A stretch of 64,000 bases of DNA, from positions 868,001 through 932,000 of the forward strand of contig MU004183.1 of assembly GCA_010093605.1 (NCBI GenBank), in the 5' to 3' direction. Below the pieces are notes generated by a model, which was not told where the DNA came from, made no database searches, and worked only from the letters and a program-made list of their open reading frames with translations. Origin of the DNA: Lophium mytilinum (lineage: Eukaryota). This document shows positions 61,982-64,000 of the stretch, one piece after another; the first letter of the stretch is position 1, and every line of letters begins with the position of its first letter. The position numbers and the translations under genes are program-made.

Positions 61982-62150
61982 GGGACAGTCTGCTGGTCAG
62001 CTGGGTCCTGTTAAACAAAAATCTCTACTAAAGTCCTTCGTTCGCCGATGGCCGTCCAGGGTTACGAGTTCGACGCCTGGTGTGTCCGTCCACTCGTTAG
62101 AAAACAACACCTATCTACAAACCAAAACCAGTTGTTTTTTTGCTTTTTGA
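61982..62150 (+). ncRNA. Degenerate tRNA-like / Pol III-type element
   Basis: A-box-like TGGTCAGCTGG (~61994), B box GTTCGACGC (62068), CCAGG/CCTGG T-stem with an 8-nt insert, GGACA/TGTCC closure, downstream T7 and T5 runs. Confidence 0.3.
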
Positions 62151-63716
62151 TACGCCCCCGGAAGCAGAAGGAGTAATATGGAGGCCTGCTCACCACCTTT
62201 TTTGCTAGAGCGCGCGGATATGAATGAGGGACTTATCACTGATGCAGGCCTTAGTGTATGATATACTCGGATAACGAGGTCGTGAGAAGATGACGCGCGT
62301 ATGGTATAGGCTGAATATCAAAGGTTGGAGCTTTCGACGGTATTTTACCCAGAAATCCGGGTGTGGAGTATCGGTTGCTGAAAGACTTTGTTTGTAAAGG
62401 GAGGGGCTGGTGTTTACGTGGCATGGCGCTGTGTCGCACAGTACACTATGAAGCTTTTATCCGATATCTTTTGCTTTATACGATCTACATTGACATTTTA
62501 TGGCAGCGTTTGCTGTCTTTTCGCAGGATCACTCACGGCCGAAGTGGTAAAAGCGGACCAAACATCCCGTCCGGTCGCAAGTAAAGAGTGGTCTCCAAGA
62601 TGGCAAGCATTTACTTCATGATAACTCGCCGCAGTTCTTAAGTAGCAAGGTCTAAAAGTGGAAGAAGCTCCTAGGGGTCTTTATGGGTCATATGCCGAGT
62701 TCATATTTGTGACAATCGAAATAGGCCAACTCGATTGATTGTCGGTCTTTGTCTGTCATATTTTTTAAGTTCCAGGCGCAACTCAAAATCGCCTTTCAAT
62801 CTCTCTTGATCCGTGATAGAGCAGAACGAGCGAGAGCAGTCCTCAGGAGAAGGGACCAATCGTTCTCGGATTGAAGCGATTTGAAATGAGCTCTCAACTT
62901 CTCTTGGTTGAGTTCTGGGTCGATCATGCGAATGAGTTGCTCAAAAGAGGGCATCTTGCATCAACGGCGCGTAATATTGCAGTTCTGGAGGCCATACCGG
63001 AAATAATGCCTGGAGGTACCAATGGCGACTTGTGTGGCACTTTCTTGTCTTCTTCAAACATGAGAACGATCCGGTGGCAGTAAAAACAACTATGGGCATC
63101 CCATTCGCTGGGCTCCAAGGGTCTAGACATGATAGAGAGGCTCCGTTGAACATGAAGAGGCAGTACGGGTAGCCCGAAGTTCGACCAGGCTTGCGAACTC
63201 TGTTACTTCTGGTTTCATAGTGGCTTACTAGAGGATATGGAATAGTCGTAGGCGATTTACACATGTCTAGAGAGAATGATTCTTAGACGGAGCTTGGAAC
63301 AGGTTTTCGCATGTATTCCTCGACCGCCACTCGATGATCGACGGAGCTAATAAGATTGTAATGTCTCATGGAGAGAACGTACCAGTCTGACTGCTGCGCT
63401 GTGAAAGTGTCGCCAAAGGTGGTGGAAGTATTGGCGTTGATGCTCATAATGATGTTGACGGTTGGCGCTAGGAGCCTAGCACGTACGTAGGTTCCAGGTA
63501 TATAGAGAAGAGCCCCGCGTTGTTAATATTGCCAAGGAGCAAAGTCTGACAGTTAGGTCAATCAACCGATACTTAACACAGAAAGAACCTACCTAGACTT
63601 CGAACTCACCGTCCTAGAACTCTAGCCAACCACTCGCATATCTTCTAACAAAGGCCTGGCAAAAAGGCGAGTACAGATTGGTATTTCTACAGACACAAAA
63701 GCCTACATCTATCTAT

Positions 63717-64000
63717 CTACAAGAACTCTATTCCCACACCGAACGCGACCCCCTTGCGCCCGGCCTCTCCCCTCCGCTGCACCAATGGCAGTGAGAAAGC
63801 AACCTCGAACCTAGCGACGGGATGCGCGTACACAAGGCCCAATCCAGCCGCACAGCTCGGTAGGCCATCCTTCAGCGCCCCGAGCGTGCGCTGCATGCTG
63901 CCTAGAGTAGAGTCGCTGCCGTCCTTGCCCTTGCCTTTCAGCGCAAGCAGTCGTCCACCATTGATGAAGGCCTGCACACGTAGCGGTGTCTCGGCGCCGA
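63717..64000 (-). CDS. SAM50: Mitochondrial outer membrane SAM50/Tob55, C-terminal end
   Basis: PLRVQAFINGGRL..PSCAAGLGLVYAHPVARFEVAFSLPL..RKGVAFGVGIEFL, the terminal beta-strand signature. Confidence 0.9.
   Translation of the reverse strand, partial: GAETPLRVQAFINGGRLLALKGKGKDGSDSTLGSMQRTLGALKDGLPSCAAGLGLVYAHPVARFEVAFSLPLVQRRGEAGRKGVAFGVGIEFL

Noticed and set aside
62700..63270. Possible degraded gene on the minus strand (HSCFYCHRIVL..CPLL)
   Set aside because: Short, stop-interrupted, and no motif I can assign

Overview
Fungal nuclear DNA from a Pezizomycotina ascomycete, probably Dothideomycete-like, with short GT-AG introns and active RIP. A conserved backbone (lunapark, MZM1, SLT11, ERG6, PDB1, SFL1-like HSF, XPT1, GH55, RidA, SAM50) is interleaved with lineage-specific genes. 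These include four divergent paralogues of one F-box-like (PFRFLDLPRE, DUF7730-like) family in two pairs ~38 kb apart, two further F-box-type genes, an SMI1/KNR4 protein and a long disordered J-domain protein. A 5.5-kb RIP-destroyed element (20097-25590) has ~180-bp TIRs, a TA target duplication, a recoverable DD34E Tc1-type transposase and at least one extra cargo ORF. It sits at the exact centre of a 48-bp palindrome in the lunapark/MZM1 bidirectional promoter. Also present: two Tc1/mariner MITEs bracketing an F-box gene, a ~109-bp x ~10 satellite, a perfect 32-bp hairpin, and two tRNA-like Pol III-type elements with interrupted T-arms. All calls come from reading the sequence only; no searches were run.
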